Shown here: positions 1 through 11,251 of the stretch, piece after piece
Position numbering within the stretch: position 1 is the stretch's first letter
Layout: every line of letters starts with the position of its first letter
NCBI GenBank assembly: GCA_918797485.1
Contig: CAKKNE010000002.1
Span: 1,426,001 to 1,490,000, forward strand
Direction: 5' to 3'
Length of the DNA stretch: 64,000 nt
DNA from: Pelagomonas calceolata
Taxonomy: Eukaryota
Position numbers and translations under genes: made by a program
Notes under the pieces: model-generated
Databases searched by the model: none
What the model saw: only the letters and a program-made list of their open reading frames with translations
What the model was told of the DNA's origin: nothing

Positions 1-386
1 GCCTGCTCACGGCGCCGGATCACATCGTAGCGCATCTATTACAGTGTGGATCGACCTACGCGAATCTCACTGACGAGGAGGGAATGCTCGACGTACATGT
101 CCGCAATGACTTGTGTAGGCGCTGTGCAAACGTATCTCGGATGCTGGCGTGCCAGGATTATTTCTTCTCGCTACCCCCAACGATAGTCGCCGCCAGCGTG
201 CTCTACCACGTCCGCAAATCCCTTCTTACCGAGGAGACGGCGTGGAACCCCGGGCTCGAGCAGCTCTCGGGGTACGCTTCCGACTTGGTCAAAGACGTTG
301 CCAACCTGCTCACCGACGTTGTTCCCGATCCTGCCCTCCCGGCGTGGCCGTGGATCCATATGGGAGACGCACACGACTCGGATTAG
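1..386 (+). CDS. 3' end of a probable cyclin-family protein (C-terminal cyclin fold), 5' truncated by the window edge
   Basis: Frame open from base 3 to stop at 386. The sequence FFSLPPTIVAASVLYHVRK...WNPGLEQLSGY resembles the cyclin C-terminal motif PSxIAAA...W...L...tGY. Confidence 0.55.
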   Translation, partial: LLTAPDHIVAHLLQCGSTYANLTDEEGMLDVHVRNDLCRRCANVSRMLACQDYFFSLPPTIVAASVLYHVRKSLLTEETAWNPGLEQLSGYASDLVKDVANLLTDVVPDPALPAWPWIHMGDAHDSD

Positions 387-434
387 GAGTATGACTGGAT
401 GGGCGGCAGCGACACTGCATGTGATAAGTAACAA

Positions 435-2459
435 TCAATTTACGACGCGCTGCTTTCCGCGCGACGACACGTGCTGGTATAAATACACGAGCGACGCCGG
501 CGTCAAGCCACTAATCGCGCCGGCCTCGGCGAACGTCCGCGGCCGCGCCGCGACGAGCTTTTCCCGTTCTTCAGCAGAGAGCGCGGGAAGATTTGCCTCG
601 GAATAATCTAAATCGGCGGGGATTTTGGTAGCATCATGTTTCCGGTAGTTGTCCATGTCCCGCTTTTGCCTCGTGAGGTAGGCGGCGTACTTGCACTGGG
701 CCGCGACGGTGTCCTCCGCGTCGGCCGCGACGTTCAAATCAACATTCTGCTCCGCACAGAACGCCTTGAGCTTGTCAAAGTCCGCGTGGGGCATGGCGAG
801 TAACTCGGAAGCCGTCTTGTGCGGCCTTCGTTTCGCATCTCTCTCTGCTTCCGCCCCTTCCAGGAAGAACGCGCCCCAGGCCTCCGGCGCGAACCTCAAA
901 CTGTCTAGATGTTGTACACCGTCATCTACTAATTTAGATCGTTCAAGGCACTTGTCTAGCCTGCCTGATTCCACCAAACCGACTTCCGCACCCTTCTCCG
1001 TTAACCGTAGATCCGCGTTGTCCGCCCGTAAGTGTAACCGATACTCCGCCCGACTGGTGAACATGCGGTAGGGCTCCATCGTGCCCCGCGTCACGAGATC
1101 GTCGACCAACACGCCGATATACCCCTGGTCACGACCGACAACAAAACGCCTCCTGTTCTCAAGAGGCAGGTCCCGATCCAAGGCGGATAACGCCGCGTTC
1201 GCGCCGGCCACAATACCTAGAGCTGCCGCTTCTTCGTAGCCCGTCGTGCCGCAGATCTGGCCCGCCAAGTGCAAACCTACGACATTCCTGACACCTAGAC
1301 CATGATCCAACGACCGAGGATCCACAAAATCATACTCCACATCGTACCCCGGCTGGACGATCTCCGCCCGCTCCAGCCCGACGATGGACCGCACGATTTT
1401 CTCCTGGACGTCGCGCGGCCACGCGCCCGACAGGCCGTTCGGGTATACTAAATCAGTCTCAAGACCTTCCGGCTCCAACCAGACCACGTGGGAATCCCTC
1501 TCGGAGAACCTTTCCACCTTCTTGTGGAGCGAGGGGCAGTACCGCGGCCCGACGCCGTCGGTCGTCGTTGGAGCTAGCGTATGAACGTAGTCTCGTACTA
1601 TATCATGGGTCTTCTGGTTCGTCGCCGTCCGGAAGCACTTGACCGTCTTTCTATCTTTTCTTTGGTCATTAAAGTAGGAGAAAGGTTGGGCTTCTTCGGA
1701 GGGCTGCTCGACACATTTGTCCCAGTCGATCGTTCGACCGTCGAGTCGAGGAGGCGTCCCCGTCTTCAGTCTCGATAAAGGCAAGGCCAAATCCACCTCG
1801 AGCGTCTTGGCCAGTCCACAGGAAGGCGGCTCCGTCGTCGCGGTATACGGATCGTCGCGGACGTAGCGCCCGGCCGGGAACGACTCGCTCCCGACAAAAA
1901 TCTTGCCCCTCAGAAACGTGCCCGTCGTGATGACCGCGGCCTTCGTCTCGAGTTCGCCCGCCGACGTCTGGACCGCGCGGACCTCTTCGTTATCGAAGAG
2001 GACGTCCTCGGCCGAGGCTTCCACAATACTCAAGTTCGGATAGTCTGATAGTTCATTCTGCATCCAGTCTTTATATAAATCACGGTCCGCCTGCGCCCGC
2101 GGCCCCCAGACCGCCGGCCCCTTCCTCCTATTAAGCATCCGGAAGTGAATCCCCGCCCAATCAATCCCGCGGCCCATGACTCCTCCGAGCGCGTCGACCT
2201 CCTTCACGAGGTGGCCCTTGCCGATGCCGCCAATCGACGGGTTGCAGGACATCTCGCCCACGGTATCCGCGTTCTGCGTTACCAGAGCAGTGCGTGCTCC
2301 TGCTCTTGCCGCCGCGGTCGCGGCCTCGCAGCCCGCGTGGCCGCCTCCAATAACTATGACGTCGTAGGCGGCGGCCGGGCGCGCCGTCGTGATGCCGCGC
2401 CTTGTCGTGGGCGCCACGAGGCCCGCGCCCCGCCGGGCGAGGAGGAGCAGCATCAGCAT
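435..2459 (-). CDS. MTO1: tRNA uridine-34 carboxymethylaminomethyl modification enzyme MnmG/GidA (MTO1), with organelle-targeting N-terminus
   Basis: Motifs YDVIVIGGGHAGCEAA, MSCNPSIGGIGKGHLVKEVDALGG, RLKTGTPPRL, GPRYCPS, AGQICGTTGYEEAAA and EPYRMFTSRAEYRL. Intronless, 674 aa. Confidence 0.95.
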   Translation of the reverse strand: MLMLLLLARRGAGLVAPTTRRGITTARPAAAYDVIVIGGGHAGCEAATAAARAGARTALVTQNADTVGEMSCNPSIGGIGKGHLVKEVDALGGVMGRGIDWAGIHFRMLNRRKGPAVWGPRAQADRDLYKDWMQNELSDYPNLSIVEASAEDVLFDNEEVRAVQTSAGELETKAAVITTGTFLRGKIFVGSESFPAGRYVRDDPYTATTEPPSCGLAKTLEVDLALPLSRLKTGTPPRLDGRTIDWDKCVEQPSEEAQPFSYFNDQRKDRKTVKCFRTATNQKTHDIVRDYVHTLAPTTTDGVGPRYCPSLHKKVERFSERDSHVVWLEPEGLETDLVYPNGLSGAWPRDVQEKIVRSIVGLERAEIVQPGYDVEYDFVDPRSLDHGLGVRNVVGLHLAGQICGTTGYEEAAALGIVAGANAALSALDRDLPLENRRRFVVGRDQGYIGVLVDDLVTRGTMEPYRMFTSRAEYRLHLRADNADLRLTEKGAEVGLVESGRLDKCLERSKLVDDGVQHLDSLRFAPEAWGAFFLEGAEAERDAKRRPHKTASELLAMPHADFDKLKAFCAEQNVDLNVAADAEDTVAAQCKYAAYLTRQKRDMDNYRKHDATKIPADLDYSEANLPALSAEEREKLVAARPRTFAEAGAISGLTPASLVYLYQHVSSRGKQRVVN

Positions 2460-2926
2460 GCAGCCTCGCTCCCTCTTTTGTTAGCAGTCACAGGTGGTCC
2501 TTTCGATCGCTGGCGTTACTGGCAGCACTATGAGGTTCTCTTCCAGTTATTGCTGATCCCACAGAGCCCAGCGCTCGCCTGTTTCAGTCCAGACTCAGCT
2601 TCACACAGCCTATAGACACACTAGCCTCAAAAAAAAATCAAGAGTCCTCGCCACCAATCGCCACCAACGGTCGTCGACGCAGCCGTAGGCCAGGCTTTCA
2701 CCACCGCGCTCACTTCGACGACGTCGTCTTGGAGTCTGTTGCAAAATTGCCGAGGCGCTGCGTGCGCAAAGGAAGAGAAGAACACAGCCCCGCGCGGCCG
2801 CAGCGTCCCCACACCACGCAGGACGCCACCGCCGCGCTGCCCCCATCAAGAGCGGCGCCGCGCGCTGCGGTCCCCAACGAAATTTTCGCCCCCTCACTTT
2901 TTCGCCTCACGCGCCGCGCGCAGGCC

Positions 2927-4156
2927 ATGGCGGCCCTCACGGAAGCCACGGACAACGTCGTCGACGCCCCGGTGCCGCCGCTGTCGGACAAGAAGCGCGC
3001 CAGCGACGCCAGTGCACCGGCGGCCAAGCGCCCGAGCCTCGGGCCGAGCAGTGGCCCGTTACTGAAATTTACGCCCGAGGACCAAGCCTTGCTTGTGGAA
3101 TTGTGCAAGAAGCCCTTCGAAAGGCAAGCGAAGCACTTCATCAACGCCTTCTGGGACCGGAGTTCCACGAAACATAAGCCGTTCGGCGAGAATCAAGAAG
3201 AGTGCGAACGGATCTTTACTTGGTCCCATGAATTCGCCAAGCTCGACAAAGGCAAAAGAGGCAATGAACTCGATGAATTCGAGGCGCACCAGTTTCTGGA
3301 AAAGTGCGTCGGTGCATTAACGGTCCATGACATGCGAAGCGCCCTCAAAGCCATCGACATTGATTTTAATAGAATGATGTCCCTGACGGAATTCTTGATT
3401 TTCCACTACGCGTTGCAGGAGAAGGACTGGGTCTACCTCGTGAACTGGGCGCCTGGCATGTCTGTCGCGCAGCGGCGCTTGATCGAGGCCGCCCAGGCGC
3501 AGATGAGTGAAGCTAAGGAGAAGTTGGCTGTGTCGCGGGAGATGCTCGAGAAGTCGCAAGAATCTGCGGCTGTCGCAGCTAAGGAGCAAGAAAGTGCTCA
3601 GACGGAAGCTCAGCTGTCCGAGGCCGCGGCCGCGGAGTCGACGAAGGCGACGCAGGACCTAGAAGCGCAGGAGCAAGCTAAGAAAGATGAGTTGGCGAAG
3701 CAGGAGGCCATGGCTTGTGATGATACACTATCAGTCGTGAAGCGCTCTAGAGCTAAAGCCCAGGTGGCCATCCTGAAGAACGACAACGGCCAGTCGTTGC
3801 GAACGATGCGCATCACGCAGGGCGCTTGTGCAAGGAAGATGGCCAAGGCCGCGGCCAAAATGAAAGAGGCCGCGGCGAAGGCCGAAGCGTCCAAGCTGGA
3901 AGCGGAACAGGCCGCTCAATTAGCTTCGGAGGCGGTCGAGGCCGCCGACGCCGCCGTCCAGCAGACGACGCAGCAGCTCGAGGAGGCCAAGGCCGCCTGC
4001 GCCGAGGGCGGTTGTGAAGAAGGTACGTTCTGGTGGTTGGATCGGGAGTTCGAGGAGTCGATGAAGTACATGGGCCCCAAACAAAAAGCCAAGGCCCTCG
4101 AGGCGCGGACGGCGTCGCGGCGCAAGTCGGGTACTTATTCGCCGCAGCGGCCCTGA
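2927..4156 (+). CDS. EF-hand/coiled-coil protein resembling the calcium-regulated actin-bundling protein (Dictyostelium 34-kDa ABP) family
   Basis: QAKHFINAFW, ELDEFEAHQFLE, EF-hand-like IDIDFNRMMSLTEFL, a long Ala/Glu/Lys coiled coil and C-terminal GTFWWLDREFEESMKY. First ATG at 2927. Confidence 0.65.
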   Translation: MAALTEATDNVVDAPVPPLSDKKRASDASAPAAKRPSLGPSSGPLLKFTPEDQALLVELCKKPFERQAKHFINAFWDRSSTKHKPFGENQEECERIFTWSHEFAKLDKGKRGNELDEFEAHQFLEKCVGALTVHDMRSALKAIDIDFNRMMSLTEFLIFHYALQEKDWVYLVNWAPGMSVAQRRLIEAAQAQMSEAKEKLAVSREMLEKSQESAAVAAKEQESAQTEAQLSEAAAAESTKATQDLEAQEQAKKDELAKQEAMACDDTLSVVKRSRAKAQVAILKNDNGQSLRTMRITQGACARKMAKAAAKMKEAAAKAEASKLEAEQAAQLASEAVEAADAAVQQTTQQLEEAKAACAEGGCEEGTFWWLDREFEESMKYMGPKQKAKALEARTASRRKSGTYSPQRP

Positions 4157-4267
4157 TTGGCGCACACGGCGCCCCCCCGCCCCTTGTCCTAACGACACTG
4201 CTGCTCGTTTGACTCCTCGGCTGTTGTCTGAGGACTCCAGACTCATTTCTGAGATCTGTTAGTAGGG

Positions 4268-4290
4268 CTAGTGTGTTACCTGAGCGCTAG
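4268..4290 (-). promoter_or_regulatory. Conserved upstream motif (variant)
   Basis: Reverse complement CTAGCGCTCAGGTAACACACTAG, upstream of ATG 4506. Confidence 0.5.
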
Positions 4291-4505
4291 TTCGCAGATC
4301 CGAACGCCGCGCGCCCATTTCTCGGCCCCATCGGCTGCGTTCGATCGCTGCGGCGCCATTCCGCTGCAACTTCGCATCGCTGCGCCTTGTCAGCGAGTCA
4401 CGCGTGCTCGCGCGCCCCCTACACGGAGAGCGCCAAGACCCCCCAAAGCTTGCTCGCGCGCCCTGGTTCGACAGAGCGCCCAAGATCCAAGCTTCAGCAG
4501 CAAAT

Positions 4506-5943
4506 ATGAAACGCGCGGCGCCCGGCGACGAGGGAAATGACGCCGCAAAAGGCTTGTTGCCCGAGGGCGACGACTGGATGGAACGGATGCCCGAGGCGCT
4601 CCGGAAACAGATGCAACAAATGCTCGACATGTACCTAGGCGCGGGCATCATCATGACGAAGGAGAAGTTCCTGGCAATGGCCTCGCAAGGCGCGGAGCAC
4701 ATGGGCCGCACGTGCCTCCTGACGCTGATCCGCTCGCCGGCCGAGGAGTTCGACGCCGTCGAGGACGGCGTCCTAGAGAAGATATCCAAGATGTCGCCGC
4801 AGGAGGCCACGAATATGTTGCCGCACGCGGGGCGCGCCTGTTGCGGCCCCGTGCTCGAGGCGCTCATCCGCCAGGGCGCGGACCTGAATAGTTTCAACTT
4901 TCAGCGCGGGGCCCTGACGGCCGGCGGCGCGCCCTTTGCTATAGTCGCAAAAAAGGCCAGGCCGCGCCTCTTACAGCTGATGCTGGAGGCAGGTGGAGCT
5001 GATCCCAACGCGATCGATTCGATGGGCTGGTCGGCGCTGCACATCCTCGCTCTGGCCGCCTCGGACAGAGGAGGTACGACGGAGGACTGGCAGCGAACAT
5101 TGAAAAGCGACCGCGAAACGGCCGAGGCCACCCGCGTGCGGCAGCACGGCGACGTGATTGAGTGCGTGCGCGTCATGCTCGAGGCTGGCGCCGACCCGAC
5201 GCTCCAGACGTCGCGGCAGGCGCTGAACGGTGCAGAAATCAAATTTGAGGCCTCTATCACCGACGTTTTCGCAGGCGATGATGACGGACCGCATCTACAA
5301 GGAACGGTTCTTCCCCCACGAGCTCCTCGCCGACGCGAACGGCGCGCCCGCGACGGATGACAGAAGCGAGACCATCAGAGGCATGCTCCTGGACGCCATC
5401 GCCGAGCGAGGCGGGTTACCGTCGCAGCGCGCTCAAGACCTGGCGGCCGCCCGGCAACGCGCGGCGCATCGCGAGGCCGTGACGGACGCGGCCCAACAAG
5501 GCGGCGATCCGATTCAACGCGCGGGGTGCAATGCGATGATGAGCCATCCCTCGTCGCGGATGCAAGTGCAGGCGCTCAAGCTGGACGAGGCGGAAGCGCG
5601 GGCCCGCATGAAGAAGAGCGGCCGCGCGCGCGTGTGCGACTTCTGCAACAAGCGCTCGGAGACCAAGCTCCGCGCGTGCGGCAAGTGCAAGTTCGTCGCC
5701 CTGCGGCGTCCTCGTCGTTTCCCTCAACGCCATCGACGACGATCTGCTTCCGCGCAGGTCTTCTACTGCGACGCGGCCTGCCAGCGCAAGGCCTGGCCGA
5801 CGCACAAGAAGGAGTGCGGGAGCGCGCTCGACCGCCTCTGCCTCGCGCTCGAGCGCAACGCGTCGAGGATCGACACGCAGCACGCGGCCATACAGATGCA
5901 AGCGAACGAGGCCGACGACGCGCGCCGCGCCGCGCAGAACTGA
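4506..5943 (+). CDS. Ankyrin-repeat and MYND zinc-finger protein (predicted introns 5220-5274 and 5695-5757)
   Basis: Ankyrin-like GADPNAIDSMGWSALHILA and MLEAGADPT. MYND CDFC...CGKCK..FYCDAACQRKAWPTHKKEC. The GC-AG intron 5220-5274 joins ORF 4404 to ORF 5230 in frame. Confidence 0.75.
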
Positions 5944-6075
5944 ATGTGCTTTAACGATGCGACCGAAGCCGCGCGACTGCCATTCTATCTTACGTAACGT
6001 GATTTCTTGTGAAACAGTGTGCCACTGTGTGATCTGAAATTGATAATACATAGCGTTAGGCGCATAAAGACCTCC

Positions 6076-6718
6076 CTAGAGCGCGCCCGGGATCTCGGGG
6101 ATCTTCACGGCGACGAAGTAGCCCACGGCGTCCGTGGGCAGCGTGTGGCGCGGGATGCGCAGCATGTCGTCTGATGTGGGAGACGGCGTCATCTTGATGG
6201 CGCCCTGGACCTGGGGCGGCACGTCGTTCAGCGCGATGACGTCGCCGATGAAGACGCGCGTCGTGGAAAAGGTCGATTTGACGTCCTCGAAGGTCCGCGT
6301 CAGCTCCAGAATGAGCTCCTTGCCGTCGTACTCCCAGCGGCCCTTGGAGTCCGCGAAGGGGATGCCGTCCGTCGACCCTAGTAAAGCTTTGCCGTCGGCC
6401 GTCAGCTCCATGAGCGTCTTCGCCGAGTCGGCGTCCTCGCGCTCCTCTAGCTCGTACTGGCCTGCGAGAAAATGGATCCGTCGACGACGCGTAAAGGCAA
6501 ACGCCGTTTCATGGTTGATTTGTACACAGCTATTGACCGACGAACGACGCGTCGGTGATCTCCTCATCGGGCGCGTCCTTGGCCTTGTCCGCCGCATACG
6601 ACAACTCTGGCGGAGAGCTGCAAAGGGATACGCCTCGCAGCGCGACCGGCGCGCGTGGCGCGAGCAATGCATGCGCCTGCGGCGCTAGCGCCAGCGCAGC
6701 GAGAACAGTCGACAGCAT
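6076..6718 (-). CDS. Hypothetical protein with probable signal/plastid-targeting leader (one intron, 6462-6537)
   Basis: Leader MLSTVLAALALAPQAHALLAP. Removing the GT-AG intron fuses ORF 6530-6718 to ORF 6076-6672 in frame (SFVG/QYELEE). Confidence 0.65.
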
Positions 6719-7088
6719 CCTGCGATCGATCAGGAATGCAATGCGACTGGCAAGACTGATTGCGCCTGGGGCTCTGTAGAAGACAAGCTAATAATCATAG
6801 ACATACTAGCCCGAGCAAAGAACCGCGCCAAGGAGTCTTCTTGCGCCAGCACCGCATGCAAGGGCTCGAAGACCGCTTGCGTGGCGGCTTTGACGGGTCC
6901 TTTCGCACAGGGCAAGGTGCTGTGGTCGGCCTGAGGCTAATTTATACGTGCATCGACGCAAAGTAGTCATCAATTTGCTGGAAAAGTCAATACATATTGG
7001 GGCGACAGCGAAAATCGATCGATTTCGATCGCTACGGCACGAGGCCACAGCAAAACACAGCCTTGCACATAAGAAGAGTAAATAAGAG

Positions 7089-8450
7089 ATGGGCGCCTCC
7101 TACGCAAACGCTCCGGACGGCGCCGCAACGGGCGCGTCCTCCTTCTACACGCTCGTCGTGCTCACGTTGTACCTCGCCTTTATAGTACCAGTTCTCCTCA
7201 CGCGCCTCGCAAAAGGCAACAAAAACGTGACCACGGTGGCATTAGCAATCTCCTGCGCCGGCTCTTTTGTAGCCTTCAAGCGGGTGCACCCCGCGGCAGT
7301 GGCGTGGGCGGATGCATCCTCAGTGTTCGACCCGTACGACATCCTCCAGATCCCGTCCACCGCCAACGCGACCGTCGTCAAGAAGGCCTACCGCAGCCTC
7401 AGCCGGACGGCACATCCGGACAAGGGGGGAGATGCCGAGACCTTCCGCAAGATCCAGAACGCGCACGCGGCGCTCGCGGGCGACGCGACGGCGCGCCGGA
7501 ACTACCGGGACTTCGGCCACCCCGACGGCCCGCGGCCGTCCTTCGCGGGCTTCGCGCTGCCGCACGGCTTCGAGGCGACGGCCGTTGGGTTATATGTGCT
7601 GATGTTGATATTGGTATTGATGCCCGTGTTGCGCCTCGCGACTGGTGGTAGCAGTGCTCCAAATGCCTTGCCGAAGAAGGCCACGGTCCTGGCGCTGCGC
7701 GACGCGCTGCAGGAGGACGCGCCCGCGCACATTTCGACCTGGCTCCTCCTGCTCGGGAAACTGCTCGACGACGTCGAGGGCGTCGATGCGAGCGAGGTCT
7801 CGGACGCTGAGAGGGCGGCGGTGGCGCACGTCGCGGAAGACCTCGACACGGACGCGGGCTTCGCCGTCGTCCAGACGCTCGAGGGCCTCACGCCGACGGG
7901 CGCGCTGCTCATCCAGCGCGCCGCCGGTGGCCGGAGGCTGGACGAGGACAGCGATACCAGGACGCTCGACCTCGCCGCGTCTCTGGCCCGCGCGGCCTTC
8001 GAGCTCTCGTGCGGCGCGTGGCAGCCCCTCGCGAACCTGCAGACGGCCGTCGGCGCGCTCCAGTGCCTCTGCGCTCCCAAGAAACGCGGTTCGGCCTCCG
8101 TACTCGCGATCGAACTCGCGGTCTACGACGACGACGAGGCGCTGCCCGACGTGCGGTCGTCTGATCTCGCGACAGTCGAAGTCAAGTTCTCGCTACCCAC
8201 GACGCTGGCGCGCGAGTGGTACTGTGTCCTGAGCCACGACGGCGCGAGCGTCGCGGCCTGCCTCGCGGTGCCGATTGACGATCTTGCTATGGATGAGTTC
8301 AAGAGTGAGCTTCGGGCGCGGGTCCACGTGCCGCGGAAGGTCGGCCGCCACCAGCTCACCGCGCAGCTCCGCGCCATGGACGCGCGCGGCGTCGACAGCG
8401 ACGTGCGGCGGCACACCTACAAGGTGCTCCCGCAGGAGGACGAGGACTAG
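7089..8450 (+). CDS. Membrane DnaJ-domain protein, SEC63-like architecture
   Basis: Two TM helices, J-domain FDPYDILQI...KKAYRSLSRTAHPDKGGD...NYRDFGHPDGP, GFALP, a third TM helix and a C-terminal Ig-like region. Confidence 0.7.
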   Translation: MGASYANAPDGAATGASSFYTLVVLTLYLAFIVPVLLTRLAKGNKNVTTVALAISCAGSFVAFKRVHPAAVAWADASSVFDPYDILQIPSTANATVVKKAYRSLSRTAHPDKGGDAETFRKIQNAHAALAGDATARRNYRDFGHPDGPRPSFAGFALPHGFEATAVGLYVLMLILVLMPVLRLATGGSSAPNALPKKATVLALRDALQEDAPAHISTWLLLLGKLLDDVEGVDASEVSDAERAAVAHVAEDLDTDAGFAVVQTLEGLTPTGALLIQRAAGGRRLDEDSDTRTLDLAASLARAAFELSCGAWQPLANLQTAVGALQCLCAPKKRGSASVLAIELAVYDDDEALPDVRSSDLATVEVKFSLPTTLAREWYCVLSHDGASVAACLAVPIDDLAMDEFKSELRARVHVPRKVGRHQLTAQLRAMDARGVDSDVRRHTYKVLPQEDED

Positions 8451-8545
8451 TCACGTTGCTGAGGTGGGGCTGGTGGCAGCGCGTCATGACGCCCAATGCG
8501 GGCGGGCGCAAGTGTAGTAGAAGACTAAGAAAATCGTGTGTTAAG

Positions 8546-9724
8546 CTAGCGCAGAGGAGCGTGCTGCGGCAGGCGCCACGGCGCTCGCGCGTGCCGCGGC
8601 AGGACCCAGCGCAGCGCCTCCCCATTTGTAGGCGCGAGGACGAGCTCGACGCCGCTCTCAACCGCGGCCGCCCGGGCTGTTAATGAGAAGGGGCAGAGCG
8701 TCGACATATGAGGAGAGTAGCAGTTCTCGCAGGCCTCGTCGCGGTCCGCGCGGCAGCGGCCCGACAGGCGCGCGCGGATCGCGGCGGCGCTTTCCGTCTC
8801 GTTCGTGCCCAAAGTAGGACCGCGATAAACCCATAGACCATCCAGCGCGTCGTCGACGTCGACAATATGAATGTTGGCACCTCGCACCACGAGTCGCGGC
8901 GCCGCGAAAGTGACACCATCAACAGAAGGCGCGCAGGCCACTCCCTCAAAAGAAGGGAAGCAGCCGAGGACCCAGGGCCCGACGCCCTCCAACCCCATCC
9001 GTTGAAAGAATTCAATGGGAATGGTCGAGACAACCATGAACTCGAATCTCGCATCCACAAGAACCGGTTCAAACGGGGCCCACGCGAGGCCGTCCCTCGA
9101 GCGCGCGACCTGCGCGCCGCAGCCATTCGCCCTCCCATAGAGCAGCCAGGCGTCCCCGAATTTCGTCACGGAGAGCTTCCCCCCGTCAATCTGCTGGAGC
9201 CGCCCGCCCGCGTACGGAGTCATCACGCGCGCCCAGCGGCCCCACTTCAACAGAGCGCCCGCGCCCTTGGTCATGATCGCCTCGCGCCGCCAGATGCCCC
9301 GCGACTCCATCTTCAGGTCGCCCCTCATAGCATGGGGCCACACTTTTCGGACGCGCGGCTCGCCGATGCCGCCGTACGCCACTAACACATCATCAACACA
9401 AGCGTAGGCCGTGTTCTCGCTCACGCCGAAAACTTTGGCCCGGGACGTGGGCATGGACGGCGTCCAGCCGGCTCCGATTGACACGCGGGCGCGCTGCTCG
9501 TGCTTCCGCACGAGCTCGCCGTTGACCGGTATAATGAGTTCCTTGCGGCTGAAGAGGTACGTGATTCCTCCGCACTGTATCATCGACAGGTACTTCTCGG
9601 AGCAGTCCAGTTGTAAAGACGTCGCGTTGCAGGCGTTTTCAGCCGGGATCCGTGCGGTCGGCGCCGCGCAGGTGTCCGCGCGCGTCGCGGCGAGGCGCAG
9701 ACTGAGGAGCCAGAGGAGGCGCAT
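8546..9724 (-). CDS. Hypothetical secreted protein
   Basis: ATG at 9724 with signal peptide MRLLWLLSLRLAATRA. Long open frame; no family recognised and the 3' end is uncertain. Confidence 0.5.
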   Translation of the reverse strand: MRLLWLLSLRLAATRADTCAAPTARIPAENACNATSLQLDCSEKYLSMIQCGGITYLFSRKELIIPVNGELVRKHEQRARVSIGAGWTPSMPTSRAKVFGVSENTAYACVDDVLVAYGGIGEPRVRKVWPHAMRGDLKMESRGIWRREAIMTKGAGALLKWGRWARVMTPYAGGRLQQIDGGKLSVTKFGDAWLLYGRANGCGAQVARSRDGLAWAPFEPVLVDARFEFMVVSTIPIEFFQRMGLEGVGPWVLGCFPSFEGVACAPSVDGVTFAAPRLVVRGANIHIVDVDDALDGLWVYRGPTLGTNETESAAAIRARLSGRCRADRDEACENCYSPHMSTLCPFSLTARAAAVESGVELVLAPTNGEALRWVLPRHARAPWRLPQHAPLR

Positions 9725-9910
9725 CGCTCTGCTTGACCCGGCGACCGGTCGGCGGACGTCACTGATTTTTGTGTCACAATTTTTAATGGCAACCTGGCCG
9801 CTCCGACAGCGTTTCGCGGGACGCGTCAATCTCGGCCGGTCTCAGAGCGTCCCCTCTTGCCGCGGACGGTACCTGTCGCCTCGCGTCCCGTCGATGGGCA
9901 AATGCGTGAG

Positions 9911-9932
9911 CTAGCGGCATGTAAGACACTAG
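9911..9932 (+). promoter_or_regulatory. Conserved upstream motif CTAGCGGCATGTAAGACACTAG
   Basis: Identical to the copies at 25425 and 42775; lies between divergent genes. Confidence 0.65.
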
Positions 9933-9989
9933 CAAGCAGCTCTTCGAGTCGGTAATTTGCTCGGATCTCAGCTGAAACGAGTCAATTGC

Positions 9990-10727
9990 ATGCAAGGTTA
10001 CGCATTTCTATTACTGCTTCTACCAGCGCACGCCCTCGAAACGAAAATGGCTGCGAGAAAGGTTGCCGCAGTGATTGGCTATGGACCTGGCATCGGCCAC
10101 AGCTGCGCGGCGCTCTGGTCATCGAAGGGATACTCCGTCGCACTCGTGAGCCGCACGGCGTCGAAGCTCGAGACGGCCACCACGCAGATTCCCAATTCTG
10201 CCGCGTTCCCGTGTGATATTACTGACAACGCAGCGCTCACGACGACGATGAAATCCATCGCCGCACAACTGGGCCCCGTCGACACGTTATTGTACAACGC
10301 GGGCAACGGCGTCTGGAAAAAATTTAATGAGATATCTGTAGAGCAGTTAGACATGGCTATGAAGACGAATGTTTATGGGTTGCTCACCTGCGCCCAGTGC
10401 TGCACGCCGGCGATGGTCGACAAGGGCGGCGGCAACATCATCGTCACCGGCGCGACCGCTTCCTTAAGAGGTATGCCGTTCACGAGCGCCTTCGCCGCGG
10501 CCAAGGGCGGCCAGAAAAGCCTCGCGCAGTCCATGGCGCGCCAGCTCTGGAAGGACAACGTCCACGTCGCGTATGCCATCATCGATGCCGCGGTCGGCGA
10601 CGGCGAGGGCAAGATGCACCCCGACAGCATCGCGCGCGAGTACTTCCACCTCGCCGAGCAGACGTCCGACTGCTGGTCGTTCCAGCACCACATCCAGTGC
10701 AAGACGTCGGACATGAGTCTGCTCTAG
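9990..10727 (+). CDS. Short-chain dehydrogenase/reductase
   Basis: VIGYGPGIG Rossmann motif, LLYNAG, TGATASLRG, FAAAK (YxxxK variant) and SMARQLW...VHVA. Confidence 0.85.
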   Translation: MQGYAFLLLLLPAHALETKMAARKVAAVIGYGPGIGHSCAALWSSKGYSVALVSRTASKLETATTQIPNSAAFPCDITDNAALTTTMKSIAAQLGPVDTLLYNAGNGVWKKFNEISVEQLDMAMKTNVYGLLTCAQCCTPAMVDKGGGNIIVTGATASLRGMPFTSAFAAAKGGQKSLAQSMARQLWKDNVHVAYAIIDAAVGDGEGKMHPDSIAREYFHLAEQTSDCWSFQHHIQCKTSDMSLL

Positions 10728-10921
10728 TGAATAAGTCATGACTGTGTTAGCTAGTCCGCGGCAGCGTCACGACCCCGAACGACACCGAGCTATGCCTCGC
10801 GGCGTAGGCGACAGAAAAGGTGCTGGCGTTGCGCCGCGGCGCGAACGCGGCGACGGCGCACGCTCCGGTTTGAGGTGAAATAAAGGGCGCGTCGAGGCGC
10901 CGGAAGCCGCCGTGACTCGTC

Positions 10922-11221
10922 GTGGGAAACCCTAGCTCGTGCGCGTTTCCTCTGTTGAAGAAGATGGACATATGCGGCGCGTCGCGCGACGCGTCGTTCG
11001 ACCCCAACGGACTGTGCTGCGGCACGACCGCCACACCGCGGCCGACATTGCTCCGAGGCACGACGCCGCCCACGGACGCCGGTGGGTGCCTCGCGTGTCA
11101 CGCTTGCGGGGGCAGCGCCGATTGCCCCGCGACGTCCTACTGCCGAGGCAACGGCGTCTGCCAGGGCTTCCCCGACTACCCCTCCTTCGACCCGCGCGGC
11201 GAGTGCTGCGCCCGGCCGTGA
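10922..11221 (+). pseudogene. Small Cys-rich ORF or gene fragment with repeated SFDPxGxCC motif
   Basis: SFDPNGLCC and SFDPRGECC repeats with coding-like codon usage, but the upstream frame has stops and there is no clear signal peptide. Confidence 0.3.
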
Positions 11222-11251
11222 CCTACTACTTTCTAGTATAATACAAAAACA

